This document shows positions 1-11,727 of a stretch of DNA of 64,000 bases, one piece after another. Source of the DNA: an uncultured Acidimicrobiia bacterium (lineage in GTDB: Bacteria > Acidobacteriota > Terriglobia > Versatilivoradales > Versatilivoraceae). Position numbers and translations under genes: made by a program. How positions within the stretch are numbered: the first letter of the stretch is position 1; the number at the start of each line of letters is the position of its first letter. The notes under the pieces are model-generated. The model worked only from the letters and a program-made list of their open reading frames with translations, made no database searches and was not told the origin of the DNA. The stretch spans positions 256,001-320,000 of the forward strand of contig CAWBAT010000006.1 in the NCBI GenBank assembly GCA_963786955.1, given 5' to 3'.

Positions 1-1063
1 GGACCCGCCTGCAAAGCCGCTTGATGCCAACCAATCAAATGGATCCCCGCTATTTGTCCTTCGGAGACTTGCTGTTTAAGCCCATCGCCGATACATCCGT
101 CCAAGCATTACCCGTGGTGCAGGCCATGCCCTTGGATTCCGCTACCGGCCATCATGTTCCCTTTGCAGGATTTGAATCCATCATGGCAGGCGACGCCACG
201 CTGGGCCAGGCCTTGCGCCCAACCCCTCAATATACACAAGAGGGTTCCAATTCCCAAAATCGGCGCTTTTACGAAGGGACGGGGAAGTCGAACTACTACG
301 CATTGCAGGTGAAGCTAGAAAAACGCTTCTCTAAAGACTTGAGTTTTGTGGTCGCCTATACCTGGTCTAAAACGCTCACCGACGCAGAATCCCAGTTCTC
401 TGAGTTCTCGGGTTTCACGCAAGATCCGTACAATCGCAAGGGTGAAAAGAGCTATAGCCTTAACGACTATCCCCAGAACCTGGTCGTCAATTACCTCTAC
501 GAATTGCCCTTTGGCCCGGGCCAGCAATTTGCCAAAGGCAGGAGGAGCGGTCGGCAAGATCGTGGGAGGATGGAAAATCGCCGGGATTCAACAGTATCAG
601 AGCGGTGCTCCCAATATTGTCAGAGGCGAGTTACAACTCCATATGGCCGTTTGAGGGCCCTAACGCTTTCATCACCCGTCCCAATATAGTCCCTGGCGTG
701 CCACAGAAATCCGCCGCAGTCCTCTCGGGTCAATTCGACCCCAACCGGGACAGCATGATCAATCCCGCAGCTTTCCAGGATCCGCCACCCTATACTTTTG
801 GTAACGCTCCACGAACTTTTGGAGGGTTACGAGGCTTTGCCTATCTCAATGAAGATTTCTCGATCATCAAGAGCACGAACGTGAACGAACGGGTGAGTAT
901 CGAGTTCCGGGTAGATTTTCTGAATTTGTTTAATCGGGTGGTTTTTGGCTTAGGGTCTGGCGGAGACCAGTATGGCTCAGTCCTCAGCACGAATAATCTA
1001 TGGGGTGGCAGCCAATCGAATATTCCGCGCGAGATTCAGTTTGGGCTAAAGATCAATTATTGA
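1..1063 (+). CDS. TonB-dependent receptor (Oar-like acidobacterial family), C-terminal part, frameshifted, truncated by the window edge
   Basis: Pieces 21..689, 346..654 and 605..1063 join into a barrel C-terminus (SNYYALQVKLEKRFS, YTWSKTL, YELPFGPG, GGWKIAGI, EFRVDFLNLFNR, PREIQFGLKINY). Confidence 0.85.
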
Positions 1064-1277
1064 GGGTGGGTACGCAGGAGGATTCCCCTCCTAAGTTTAG
1101 GGAGCAATGTAACTTAGTCCCCCGTCGCTATTTCATGGAGCGTGCAACGGAGCGTAACCCTGCTCCACCAAGGTAGGGATAAATTCCAACTTCGGATTTG
1201 GGATTAATTCTTGACACTTCATCTTATCCCTGACCCGGCATTTTCATTTCATAGTCTAGTCTTGTCTTTATCACTGC

Positions 1278-1850
1278 TTATTTCCCTTTCCCAATCTCCC
1301 GGTGCAGCCAAGCTCTAGCCACAGTCCAATCACGCTTTACGGTCTTCGGTGCGATTCCAATCAGTTCGGCAGTTTCTTCCACCGTCAATCCGCCGAAAAA
1401 CCGCAATTCAATAATCCGGCATTGACGCGGCGAAAGTTCGGCTAACTTCGTCAAGGCGTGGTCGAGGGCCAAGAGTTCTTCTGTCTGTTCAGGAGTGAAG
1501 ATAAGAGAGCCAATTTCAAGAGAAACCTTTTGCTCCTGTCCCCATCGTTTCCCGCTCTGCCTGGCCCTGGCGTAATCCACCAGAACACGGCGCATGACCC
1601 GCGCAGCCACTCCAATGAATTGCGCCTGGTTCTGCCAGGTGATCTCTCCATGCTCAACCAGCCGCAGATAGGCCTCATGAACCAGCGCCGTGGTCTGCAA
1701 GGTGTGATCGGGGCGTTCCTGGCGCAGATAGTGCCTGGCCAGCCGTCGTAATTCGTCGTACACGACTGGAATCAATTTTGAGGTTTCTTCAGGCTGGCCT
1801 TTGGTAAGGTCAGCCACCAGGCGAGTCACATCTCCTGGATCTGTGGGCAT
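1278..1850 (-). CDS. ECF sigma-70 factor, TIGR02999-like family
   Basis: Motifs VYDELRRLARHYL, HTLQTTALVHEAYLRL, LRFFGGLTVEETAE, TVKRDWTVARAWL. Confidence 0.9.
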   Translation of the reverse strand: MPTDPGDVTRLVADLTKGQPEETSKLIPVVYDELRRLARHYLRQERPDHTLQTTALVHEAYLRLVEHGEITWQNQAQFIGVAARVMRRVLVDYARARQSGKRWGQEQKVSLEIGSLIFTPEQTEELLALDHALTKLAELSPRQCRIIELRFFGGLTVEETAELIGIAPKTVKRDWTVARAWLHREIGKGK

Positions 1851-2066
1851 GGGAGAGTTCCGTATCGTCAGTTCTTTCTTCTGTAGCGACTATCAGATCA
1901 CTTCCATTCTACCCTCTGGAAAACCCAAAAACACATGGAATTATTTGGGTCCGTCTCCCTCACCAAAAAGAGAATGACCCCATTCTTCACAAATTCTCGC
2001 ATTACCCTATGAGATTCAAAGCGCGAATCCACCTATTCAAAACAAAAAAAACAATGGAGGTTTAAC

Positions 2067-3482
2067 ATGAAGAAGCAATTCCTTTTTGCATTCGGGCTAA
2101 TTTCCGCGTTGTTAACGCTGACAGATCCGAGACCAAACACTACACTCAGAGGTGCAGGAGGTTGTAGTCTGGTCGGACCTGACAATGCATTTACCCAAGT
2201 CTATCCTCCGCTTAATAACGGCTTGTATGCTAACGAACTGGGAAGGGGTGTTGCTGCCCGAAAGGTCAGTGGGCTCTCTGTGGGAGATGTGCTCCTGGTG
2301 GCAGCCACAATGGACGACCGTTCAGTCGTCTTCCAGCTTGATCCGTCCTCGGGTGCCCCTTTCAACTCACCCCTCGCCCCGATCCCTCTGATTATCCCAA
2401 ACGCTGCTCCGTCGCAGTATTACACCACTATCGCAATGGGCGACGTGAACGGTGATTTATTCCCAGACATAGCAGTGGGCTCTCCCACAACTCAAAAAGT
2501 TTACATCTTCCTGAGTCATGTATCAGGCGGGATCTTAACCTACCCGCATCCCCCCAAATACCCCAATATTGCTTACGACTCCTCCTGGGACTGGCAGGTT
2601 TGGACTGTCCATTGCGATTGGAAATCTTGATGGAATCGGGGGTGATGAAGTGCTGGGCGCGCCTTCTGGAGGTACAGGTCAGGTTTTCGTGTACTCTAAT
2701 GGAAACTTCAGTTCGTATTTCCCAATAAACACACAGCCTATTTCCCCACCACTCGTTTCTGGGGGCAGCTTTGGCACACAAGTCTCTATCGGTGACGTAG
2801 CCGGCGACAGCCACCCGGACATTATCGTAGGCGCAAGAGGCAGGGATATTGGGGGATACACTGATGCGGGTGCTGTGTTCGTTTTTGAAGGGCCTGAATT
2901 CTCTAATTTCCTTAACATGCATGTAGATGTTCTGAGGTCTTCCATTCCGACTATCGCGAAGGGTGACGAATTGGAAAAAGGTCTTGCTGTGGCTGATATT
3001 CACGGAGGAACATCGCCAGCAAATTATGCTGATGTTATAGCAGCCACCTCGGGAACTCTCGTGCGCAGGTGTTCACAGGATTAGTCACTAATGGTCAAAT
3101 GGCACCCTCCTCGCAATCAGACTATACGCTATTCCCCGACCCAGTGCTCTCAAAAGGGTGGGCTACTACAGGAATCGATGCCGGCATTACCGGTGACAAT
3201 GTGGCAGATGTCATTATTGGCTCACCTAATGGCTCTTCTTGCCCAGGAAATTCAAGCCAGGGAGCTGTTAACATCTACCTTTCGTCAGACTGCCCGCCGA
3301 GTGGATGTGCAAGCCCACCAACGCCACACATTATCCAATCTTACGGTGGACCTCAGAAAAATTGGCTGGCTTTCGGTTGGTCGGTCTCTATCCCGGGAAC
3401 CCAATTCTTTGTGGTTGGCGAACCAGGCCGCGAGTTTAATGGCGTTCGCAAAGGTCAGGTATATATCTTCAAGGTCAATTGA
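2067..3482 (+). CDS. Secreted FG-GAP (integrin-alpha-like) repeat protein, split by two frameshifts
   Basis: Signal peptide and GGAGG RBS; repeats GDVNGDLFPDIAVGSP, FGLSIAIGNLDG..GAP, GDVAGDSHPDIIVGA, DVIIGSP, FVVGEP across 2067..2630, 2569..3084 and 3069..3482. Confidence 0.8.
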
Positions 3483-3635
3483 GGGTGTCCCTCACGTTTT
3501 TTCGGACGTCACGCGAGAGCGCGCGTCAAGGCAGTGGCTGGTAGTGCGCTCTCGCCGAGACCGCCGTTTCCTCAAGCACTACGAAGAGATAGGACGCTCC
3601 TGACGGAGCTTAAAAGCCTGAGACGGTAATCAGTT

Positions 3636-3928
3636 CTATAGACAGGTCGCCGCTACGCGGCTAACGACGGGCCACTGCCCCCCTTGGAAATTAGACAATT
3701 CATTAACACCTCGATTCATCGAGGGGTCTTGCGGCAGGGTTAATCGGTTAACCGTTTCAACGGTTTCCTGTGGCTACAAAACAAGAGCCACCGTGGCAAG
3801 CGTTTCCTTTGGTTCTCTATTGAAAAACCGCTAAAGCGGTTGTTTGGGGCTGAACCTTCTTGAACTTGAACCCCTCGATAAATCGAGGGGCTAATAGCAT
3901 TCGGTGCTTGCAAGATGTCAAACCTCAC
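3636..3928. repeat. ~290-bp palindrome-rich repeat, copy 1 (direct repeat of 5047..5326)
   Basis: Shared blocks CTATAGACAGG, CCTCGATTCATCGAGGGGTCTTGCGGCA, AACCGTTTCAACGGTTTCCTGTGGCT, CCCCTCGATAAATCGAGGGGCTAATA, TGCTTGCAAGATGTCAAA. Confidence 0.9.
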
Positions 3929-4223
3929 GTAGCAACAGGCCTCCCGGCCTGTTGTCCGGGGCCGGTGTCCCCGGCTACAACGTATCCATTTGAATAACGA
4001 CACGCGTGGACGCCTGTCGCCGCTGGCGGGCAGGATGCCGCAATCGGTTCATTTGTCATCATTCATCATTTTCTATTTATGTTGATCCGCGTTTATCTGC
4101 GGCCAACCTACTTTTGCAGTTAAAGATCCCCATGTCCCCCGCGGTTATCTTTCAATAATTGCGGGCAGGATGCCCGCGCTCCCAGGGCGGCCCTGGCTGC
4201 GCCAACAAGCACGTTTGAATCTT

Positions 4224-4652
4224 TTATTCCAAAGGGAAGGCAACTTTCAGATCTTTGAACCGTGAGAAGTCGCGATCATTGGTATGTAAAGTGGCACCGT
4301 GCTCTGCTGCAAGCGCAGCCAAATGAGCATCCGTGGCCAAGGAACCGATGGCTTGGCCTTCCAGAAGATACCTTCGAAAAATAGCCCAATGCTCATGGCC
4401 AGGAGTGAGGATTACGGCATTAGCCATCTGCAACCACTCATCAATGATTTCGATGGTCTCATCTAGGGACAGCGGATGCTGAAAAACGCGAGGATTAGTG
4501 GCGATCCGGATGAATGCCGTTAGAGTAAACCAGGAGAAGCAAAACGGTTCGGGGCTGGAGAATGCTTCCTCCATCCACGACTTAGCTCTCCGGTGAAAGG
4601 GGCTCAGAGAGTCATAGGCGTATAACAAGAGGTTTGCGTCGACCAGAATCAT
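4224..4652 (-). CDS. vapC: VapC PIN-domain toxin
   Basis: MILVDANLLLYA start; DAHLAALAAEHG and TNDRDFSRF acidic PIN motifs. Confidence 0.92.
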   Translation of the reverse strand: MILVDANLLLYAYDSLSPFHRRAKSWMEEAFSSPEPFCFSWFTLTAFIRIATNPRVFQHPLSLDETIEIIDEWLQMANAVILTPGHEHWAIFRRYLLEGQAIGSLATDAHLAALAAEHGATLHTNDRDFSRFKDLKVAFPLE

Positions 4653-4894
4653 CGATGAGACGGCCCCTCGACCTGCTCTAGGAGTTCACCGATATTGTCG
4701 ATGATAATTCCAGGTTTGAGCCCCAGGGCTCGGGCCTTGACCCTGAAAGGCTTTGGTTTCTGAAACCGTTGGCGAACGGTAAAACCGAGGCGAAGGAACT
4801 CGTTGACTACCTGCTTGAAGGGGCGGCCCGTCCGCCGAGTTTCCTCCTTCAGCTTAGTGGCCACATCTTTGTCAAGGGTGATGGTCGTTCGCAT
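4649..4894 (-). CDS. vapB: VapB antitoxin (ribbon-helix-helix)
   Basis: MRTTITLDKDV RHH start; 4-nt overlap with vapC. Confidence 0.85.
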   Translation of the reverse strand: MRTTITLDKDVATKLKEETRRTGRPFKQVVNEFLRLGFTVRQRFQKPKPFRVKARALGLKPGIIIDNIGELLEQVEGPSHR

Positions 4895-5046
4895 AGCATC
4901 ATGATGCTATCAATAAAACATCCAGATGTCAAATAGCATGCTGCCCACGAAGGATTGGAATTGTGCCCACAGACGAACGCTGATAAACGCGGATGAAAGA
5001 CTGCCTAAAGAGGGGTCAATGCAGTAACTTGAGAGGTTCCACTGTA

Positions 5047-5326
5047 CTATAGACAGGTTGCCGCGATGCAGTTAACCGCTGTCCACTTTGGAGATTGGAG
5101 ATTTCATTAACCCCTCGATTCATCGAGGGGTCTTGCGGCAAGGGTAATCGGTTAACCGTTTCAACGGTTTCCTGTGGCTCTACAAATAAGGGCCACCGTA
5201 GCAAGCGTCTCCGATTGTTCTATGTTGAAAACCGCTGAAGCGGTTGTTTGAGGTTAAACCTACTTCAGCCCCTCGATAAATCGAGGGGCTAATACCATTC
5301 GATGCTTGCAAGATGTCAAATCTCAC
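5047..5326. repeat. ~280-bp palindrome-rich repeat, copy 2
   Basis: Colinear with 3636..3928. Both copies are followed by ACGACA(G/C)GCG.GGACGCCTGTCGC and GCGGGCA.GATGCC REP-like hairpins. Confidence 0.9.
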
Positions 5327-5497
5327 ATAACCGGGATCAACTTTCCCAGCTACCGTCTCATCTATTCCAATAACGACAGGCGAGGACGCCTGTCGCTACA
5401 AGCGGGCAAGATGCCCGCGCTCCCAGGGACATCCCCCTGACGCTCTCTGAAGAGAGCGTCTTCCCCCCTAAAGAGGGGAATTATTCTTCGCTGCAGG

Positions 5498-5737
5498 TCA
5501 CTCTTTTGCCTTCAGAAGATGATCGTTCTCCTGGAGAAATGTTCGGATCTCGTTGGTGAAATCCAGCAGTCTTTTCCACTGCTCTTTGTATAGTGTGACC
5601 GGAAACCGGCCGAGTCCGTAGACCGAGAGCCCTCCTTTTTCACTGACCTTCAGATAAAGTTGACCAGTCCTTCTCTGTTTTAAGGCTTTATTTTCTTCTT
5701 CCAGACGTGCCAGCTTTTGTTCCACTGTTTCTTCCAT
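5498..5737 (-). CDS. Small conserved hypothetical protein (N-terminal coiled coil)
   Basis: GAGGAG RBS; 79 aa with LKVSEKGGLSVYGLGRFPVTLYKEQW, which I recall as a conserved uncharacterised motif. Confidence 0.75.
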   Translation of the reverse strand: MEETVEQKLARLEEENKALKQRRTGQLYLKVSEKGGLSVYGLGRFPVTLYKEQWKRLLDFTNEIRTFLQENDHLLKAKE

Positions 5738-5813
5738 AAGATTCTCCTCACTTGAAAATAATTTGATTTACTTACTTCATCGAGATTTATCCGGGTGCAT
5801 TGGCGGCACCCAG

Positions 5814-7682
5814 CTAGCGGGGAAAACTCTCAACTAAATAGTCTCTCAGCCCAGACCTTCTATCTACCTTTCGCGAAACAGACTGCATAAAAACTTCCTC
5901 ATTCCCCCAAACTTCTAAAGATCTCTTCGCGCGGGTTACCGCTGTATAGACTAACTCTCGTGTCAATAATTCAGACGATTCTGAAGGCAAAATCAGAACC
6001 ACCTGGTCAAATTCGGAGCCCTGCGACTTGTGGACTGTCATGGCAAAAACCGTCTCGTGTTGAGGGAGCCGCGAAGGCAATATATCCCTAAAGTTTCCTC
6101 CCTCTATAGGGAAATAAGCTCGCAGCGATCCCGGTTGTTCTTTAGCACTTTGCCCTTCCGAAAATATCAAACCCACATCGCCGTTAAACAACTTGAGCCG
6201 ATAGTCATTTTGCGTAATTAAAATGGGCTGACCATGGTACCAACGCTCCCTGGGTCGAATCTGTCCCACCCTGGCAAGCTCAGATTCAATGAGATGATTC
6301 ACCGCAATCACACCATAGGGCCCTATGCGCAACGCACAGAGAACGCGCAAATTTGTAAAAGCGGCAAAAGCCTCAACGATGCTGGAGGCTGAAAGATAAG
6401 AAAACAAATCACTCTGAGCCAATCGGCGGATCGATTCCTCGAAATCCGACAAGCCCTTCAAATACTTCCATGACAGTCCTTCCTCCCCAGCCTTTTGCAA
6501 AATATCCAGGGCCCCTGCGCCGTCGCCTTCATTTACGGCGACGCTTAAGCGCCCCAGGCTGCTGGTTTCATCGAAGCGATAGTTTTTCGTGAGCGAGATA
6601 ACCGGTTTCAGCTTTTCCTTTTGTGGGTCACGTGCTCTCCGAGCATCAACCTTGGATAGTTCTTCTCTCCCCACGATTCTCCAAAATTCATCAGGCGGTA
6701 AATCAGCTCCTAACGCAGTACATATGTCCCCGAAAATCGCTCCCGGCTCAACCGAGGCCAATTGATCTTTGTCTCCCAATAAAATGAGTCGACCCTTGCC
6801 AGGCAACGCAGCCACTAATTTCGCCATTAACGGCAGATCGACCATGGATGCTTCATCCACGATGACAACGTGATAGGGTAGGCGGAATTCCTCATGATAG
6901 CGCGGCTGGCCGTCTCCTTGGCGAATTCCGAGCAGTCGATGCAAGGTAAAAGCCTCCTGAGGGAGCCACGCTGCGAGCGGACTGGCTTCTCCCAAAAACT
7001 TTGTTTTGGCCCCATCCACAGCTTCTTTGAGCCGCGCGGCCGCTTTCCCTGTTGGCGCCGCCAGCGCGATTCTGAGCGGTTTGCCTCTTGCCTGCTCCAA
7101 GAGCAGAGCCAGAATTTTCACGACCAGTGAAGTCTTCCCTGTTCCGGGTCCTCCCGTGATTAAGCACAACGAGCTGCATACAGCGATTAACGCTCCAATT
7201 TGTTGCCGATTCATGCCCTCCGATTTTTCAAACCAGCGCTGGATCCCATTCCAAAGAAGATCCATGTCAACAGTTTCAAAGAGCCACTTCCGGTCTGAAA
7301 GATAGCTCGCCACTCTCTTCTCATACATCCAATAACGATAAAGGTAGAGACGGTTGGCCTGATCCAGAATGAGTGGACGGTATTGTCCAGGGAATCCAAC
7401 CATTCGTGAAAGCTTCAAGCGTTCGAGCCACGAGTCACGATCTGGACAAACTAGCCCCCGATCCTCTTCAGTTTCGTCATTTCGAATCTTCTTTCCCGCA
7501 ACCAAGGGAATATCCAGGCACACATGGCCTAGTTGCGTTGCCTGGCTGGCCAAAGCCGCGGCGAGCCATATTTTGTCGTCGTGCCCGCCCTCCTGTTTCT
7601 GTATGAACTCCGCAAAATGACGATCAATTTCAGTAAGTGCTGGCATCAAAAATGGATCCTTAAGATGTATTGAGATCGCCAT
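5814..7682 (-). CDS. recD: Exodeoxyribonuclease V alpha subunit
   Basis: Walker A GGPGTGKT, LAAPTGKAAARL, TLHRLLG, DEASM, GDKDQLASV, AMTVHKSQGSEF, LVYTAVTRAK. Confidence 0.95.
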   Translation of the reverse strand: MAISIHLKDPFLMPALTEIDRHFAEFIQKQEGGHDDKIWLAAALASQATQLGHVCLDIPLVAGKKIRNDETEEDRGLVCPDRDSWLERLKLSRMVGFPGQYRPLILDQANRLYLYRYWMYEKRVASYLSDRKWLFETVDMDLLWNGIQRWFEKSEGMNRQQIGALIAVCSSLCLITGGPGTGKTSLVVKILALLLEQARGKPLRIALAAPTGKAAARLKEAVDGAKTKFLGEASPLAAWLPQEAFTLHRLLGIRQGDGQPRYHEEFRLPYHVVIVDEASMVDLPLMAKLVAALPGKGRLILLGDKDQLASVEPGAIFGDICTALGADLPPDEFWRIVGREELSKVDARRARDPQKEKLKPVISLTKNYRFDETSSLGRLSVAVNEGDGAGALDILQKAGEEGLSWKYLKGLSDFEESIRRLAQSDLFSYLSASSIVEAFAAFTNLRVLCALRIGPYGVIAVNHLIESELARVGQIRPRERWYHGQPILITQNDYRLKLFNGDVGLIFSEGQSAKEQPGSLRAYFPIEGGNFRDILPSRLPQHETVFAMTVHKSQGSEFDQVVLILPSESSELLTRELVYTAVTRAKRSLEVWGNEEVFMQSVSRKVDRRSGLRDYLVESFPR

Positions 7683-7759
7683 GGACTCCGGTCGCTACCC
7701 GATGGGTCGAGCTCCGCAAGACCGGATTCCCGAAATAGTAGGGACAGGCATCCATGACT

Positions 7760-8000
7760 GTTGTAGCCGGCCTCGCTGAGGCCGGCACTGGGCCGGGGTC
7801 AACGACCCCGGCTACAACTGCAGTCGACCATCCATTAACTACTAAGTTTTTGATTTACAACCACCTCTGCCCCTCCTGACTGACCCAGGAGGGGGCTCTC
7901 TCCATTGACATTGGCCTTTTGGTAGCAACAGGCCTCCTGGCGAGTTGTAGCCGGCCTCGCTAAGGCCGGCACTGGGCCGGGGTCAACGACCCCGGCTACA
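7760..8000. repeat. REP-like palindrome cluster between recB and recD
   Basis: Two copies of GTAGCCGGCCTCGCT(G/A)AGGCCGGCACTGGGCCGGGGTCAACGACCCCGGCTACA (~7763 and ~7947); a related copy lies at ~38078. Confidence 0.85.
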
Positions 8001-8034
8001 ACTTTCAACATCAATCGCTACAACGTTGGCCACA

Positions 8035-11000
8035 TTACATCGAAGACAAACCATCACTGAGCGCTCTAACGAGTGATTCATCTGGCAAATCCCGATAAAT
8101 ACCATACTTTGGACCTTCTGCAGGATTGACCCCTCGTAGGAATACATAATAAACACCGCCAAAATGGGAGGAGTATTGATAGTCCTCGATACGAAATCCC
8201 AGGTACCGATCGAGCGCCACGACATAGAGAAGGTACTGCAGGATGTATCCCTCCCGCCACATTGTCTCCGTAACCCTCTCCGTCGCATAGTCTGTAAAAT
8301 CATCGCCCAGAAAAGTGGATTTCCAATCAACCAGGTAATAGCGACCTTGGAAGCAAAAAACCAGATCGATAAAACCTTTCATGAAACCGGATACCGGTGA
8401 AAATTCCAATTGATCCAACAGGTCTGATGTTATTTTGGGAAACCGTTTTCCCAGGTAAGATTGGAGTATGAACCGCAGCTTCCCAGACGTCAAAAGATCT
8501 AAGGGCATGTGGAATTCCATTTCATTCAATCGCTCTTGCGCAGATATCCGAGAGAGCGAAAGGTCCACGGTGGCGCGATCCAAAGAAGTGCTCAAGACGT
8601 TTTGGACCATTCCGGTCACCGCTCCTTCCCAATCCGCATCAAAGCTGAACTCCGCTAACAACTGTCGAACGAGTGTCTGGATTGACAGGGTCGTCGATTG
8701 CTTGAAATCAACGCCTTCGAAAACCTTGTGAAGAAAGGTGCCGGCACGTGTGCCGCGAGGAAATTGGATAAAAGAAGCAGGGCCACTCATTTTCACCCTG
8801 GGACTCCCCACCACTTCGACCCTTTGCTGTATTTCGCTGTCGTGATCAGGCAATTCCACAACTCGGCGCTTTCCTGAAACAAGCGAAGTAAAACTTGCGA
8901 TCCCAAAGTCGCGCCGAATGGCACCGGCAAATTCCCTAAAGCCGACGTTTTCTCTAAGGGCAACCGGAGGTCGGTAGGTCTCATTGCTGAAATCCGGAAG
9001 GCCACTCACCTCTATAGAATTGGACGGACTGCTGCGCGAGGGTGGCCAGCTCTTGTTCAATTTGATCATCATCCATCGCTTCAAATTTCTGCCGCAAAGT
9101 CGCTAGTGGCAAATGGTTTAAATCGAGTTCAGGAGCATGGAGCAAATAGGCCAGGGGCGAGGAACCCGCATCTTTGAACGCTCCCCACACCAATGTGCAG
9201 CGATACTTTGCACGCGTCAAGGCTACGTACAACATGCGCGTATTTTCCGCAAGGACTTCCCTTCGGGCCAGTTCTTGGTGCACTGGAGATTGCTCCGGAT
9301 CAATGTCAAACATGAACCTGGAGGGGTCGTCAGGGTCGTGAAAGGAAACAAAACCTCTTGCCACAGAAGCCGTATTCCAGCTAAAGGGGCAATAAACGAT
9401 GGGGAATTGGAGACCTTTGCTGCGATGAATTGTGATGACCTTCACCGAGCGCTCGTCGGTTTCGAGGCGCAATTGATGTTCTTCAGAGGACATCTCCTCC
9501 TCTTTCAATCTTCGCTCTTTCAACCATTTGAGGATCCCGTCAATCCCTAGATTATTTTCCAGGCTGGCCGCGTGAAGCAGCTCGAGACAGTGCAACACAT
9601 TGGTAAGACGTCTTTCCCCATCCGGAAATTCCAGAAGCCGGCGACGAACAAATTCCCGGTCCAACAGCCTTCGCGCCATCACCATAAATCCGCGGTCCTG
9701 CCACAGCTCACGGTAATCTTCAAATCTCTGAAGGACCTTTTCCAATTGCGATTCGTCTTCATTTAAACGGTTTATGTCAGCTCCCTTGGCTCCCAGGATA
9801 TTCGTCGCCAGCGCCGCTTTGACTTTCCCCGGATTTCCCGGTTCGGCAATTCCCGTAAGGATGCGCTCGATCTCGCTCGCCTCATCCGAATCAAAGACAC
9901 TCTCCTGACTGTAGAGCACACAAGGAACTGTTTTTTTATTGAGCGCATCTTGAATGAGACGGGCTTCCCTGTTCGTTCTCACCAGGATCGCAATATCTTC
10001 CGGCGAGACCGGTCTTTCATTGACCCTACACTCTCCTGCCTGCCCCGCATTCAATACAGAGACGATGTCGCAAGCCACGGCCTCTGGCAATATGTCATCC
10101 GCTTTACCTTTCGGGATTGTGGCTCCTTGTCCCTTCAATTCTCGTTTCACGAACCAGAGCTTCAATGGTGAAGGATCTGGGATTCCGTTCCAAGTAAGAG
10201 CCTGATCAGCCTCCGGTCGGCCCGCTTTCACGGGTAGAAATTGAATCTCTGGGAGCACAAAAGGATGAAGGGCCCGTTCAAACAGCGCGTTAATCGCAGT
10301 GATCAGCGGTTGGCTCGATCTCCAGTTTTCCCCCAAAGTAAATTGATTCAAAACTTTTCGCGCTGCATCCAGATAGGCAAACACATCCGCCCCTCGAAAT
10401 CCGTAGATCGATTGTTTCGGATCACCAATCCGAAAAAAGGAGAAATCTTCTGGGCCATAAAGCGTTTCGAAAATGGCCATCTGGACAGGATCCGTGTCTT
10501 GAAATTCATCGATCAAGACAGCTTTGTACTGTCCTCGGACCCTCGAAACCAGCTCTGTGCAATCTTTTTCCTGAAGTGCCCCGTGGAGGTCGAGCAGCAG
10601 GTCATCAAAAGAACGTACATTCTCTCTTCTCTTTCGCTTCCTCAACTCGCTCCGGGCGAAGGCTACGAGCTCATTCTTAAGGGCAAGCGCATAACTCTTG
10701 TAAAGTGATCCGAGGACATCACTGGAATCGACAAGCTTTTGACAGAATTCAAAGAATTGATGTTCAAGAGGGTGATATCCATTCTTGGTTGCTTCCTTTA
10801 GCTTGGTTAGGCCAAATCTCTCCACGGCAGGTGGAACTGGGTAAGGATTTTCCGAAGAAAAATACTCTGCGATGGACTTCACCCAAGCGGGCACATTACG
10901 TTTGCTATAAATTCCGCGATTTAGGCCTTTGTCCTTCTCCAGCAGAGTCAAGATCGCATCTCTTTCTTCTCCCCATTTCTCCCGGGCAGCCAGATAAGCT

Positions 11001-11659
11001 ATGGACAAAGCTTCTTCCAATTGCTCACGTTCTTTACCTGACGGTTTTTGAGCATTGGGAACGACGACGCGGCTCGGATTGGAGACGAAGGATCTGACAA
11101 ATTTCACCATCGACGGGACATTCAAGTCTTTCACGAAAGTAGATTGAAGAATCATCGGCGATGCGGAGTAGAGTTCTCGCCGGTAGAAATCTTCAACGAT
11201 TTCGCGAAGTAGATGTTCTTGGCTGGTGATTAATTCGGCATCAAACGGAGACCCGCTCTCGAAGGCATTGTCTCGAAGAACTTGCTGACAAAAACCATGG
11301 ATCGTAAAGATGGCCGCTTCATCAAATGTACTGACCGCATTGAGGAGGTTGCCTTTGGCCTCATCGCGATTGGCTATGCTCGAGTAAAGTCCCGCAAGAA
11401 AACGGTCAGTCGTGGAAGCCCCATCCAGGACCTCCAGAGTTTCTCGAATCTTCTCCCGGATCCGCTGCTTCAGCTCTGCCGTGGCCGCTTCGGTAAATGT
11501 GACCACCAGGATTTCTCTGACCGGCAGAGCCAATTCAATCAGCAGTCTGATATAGAGGCAGGTAATCGCGTGGGTTTTCCCCGTGCCGGCGCTCGATTCG
11601 ATGAGCTGCTGTCCAAAAAGTGCGTTAGTTAGAGGGTTGAACGATCTTTCGAGTGCCAT
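8035..11659 (-). CDS. recB: Exodeoxyribonuclease V beta subunit, frameshift near 9000
   Basis: IESSAGTGKT, VVTFTEAATAEL, DEFQDTD, GDPKQSIYGFRGAD, YVALTRAK; nuclease motifs GFIDLVF..DWKS in 8035..9084. Confidence 0.93.
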
Positions 11660-11727
11660 TTCAATTGACGATCACATAAAAAGAACAACGATGCCGATAA
11701 AGAGGGTCCTCATTGGATCATCTGGAG

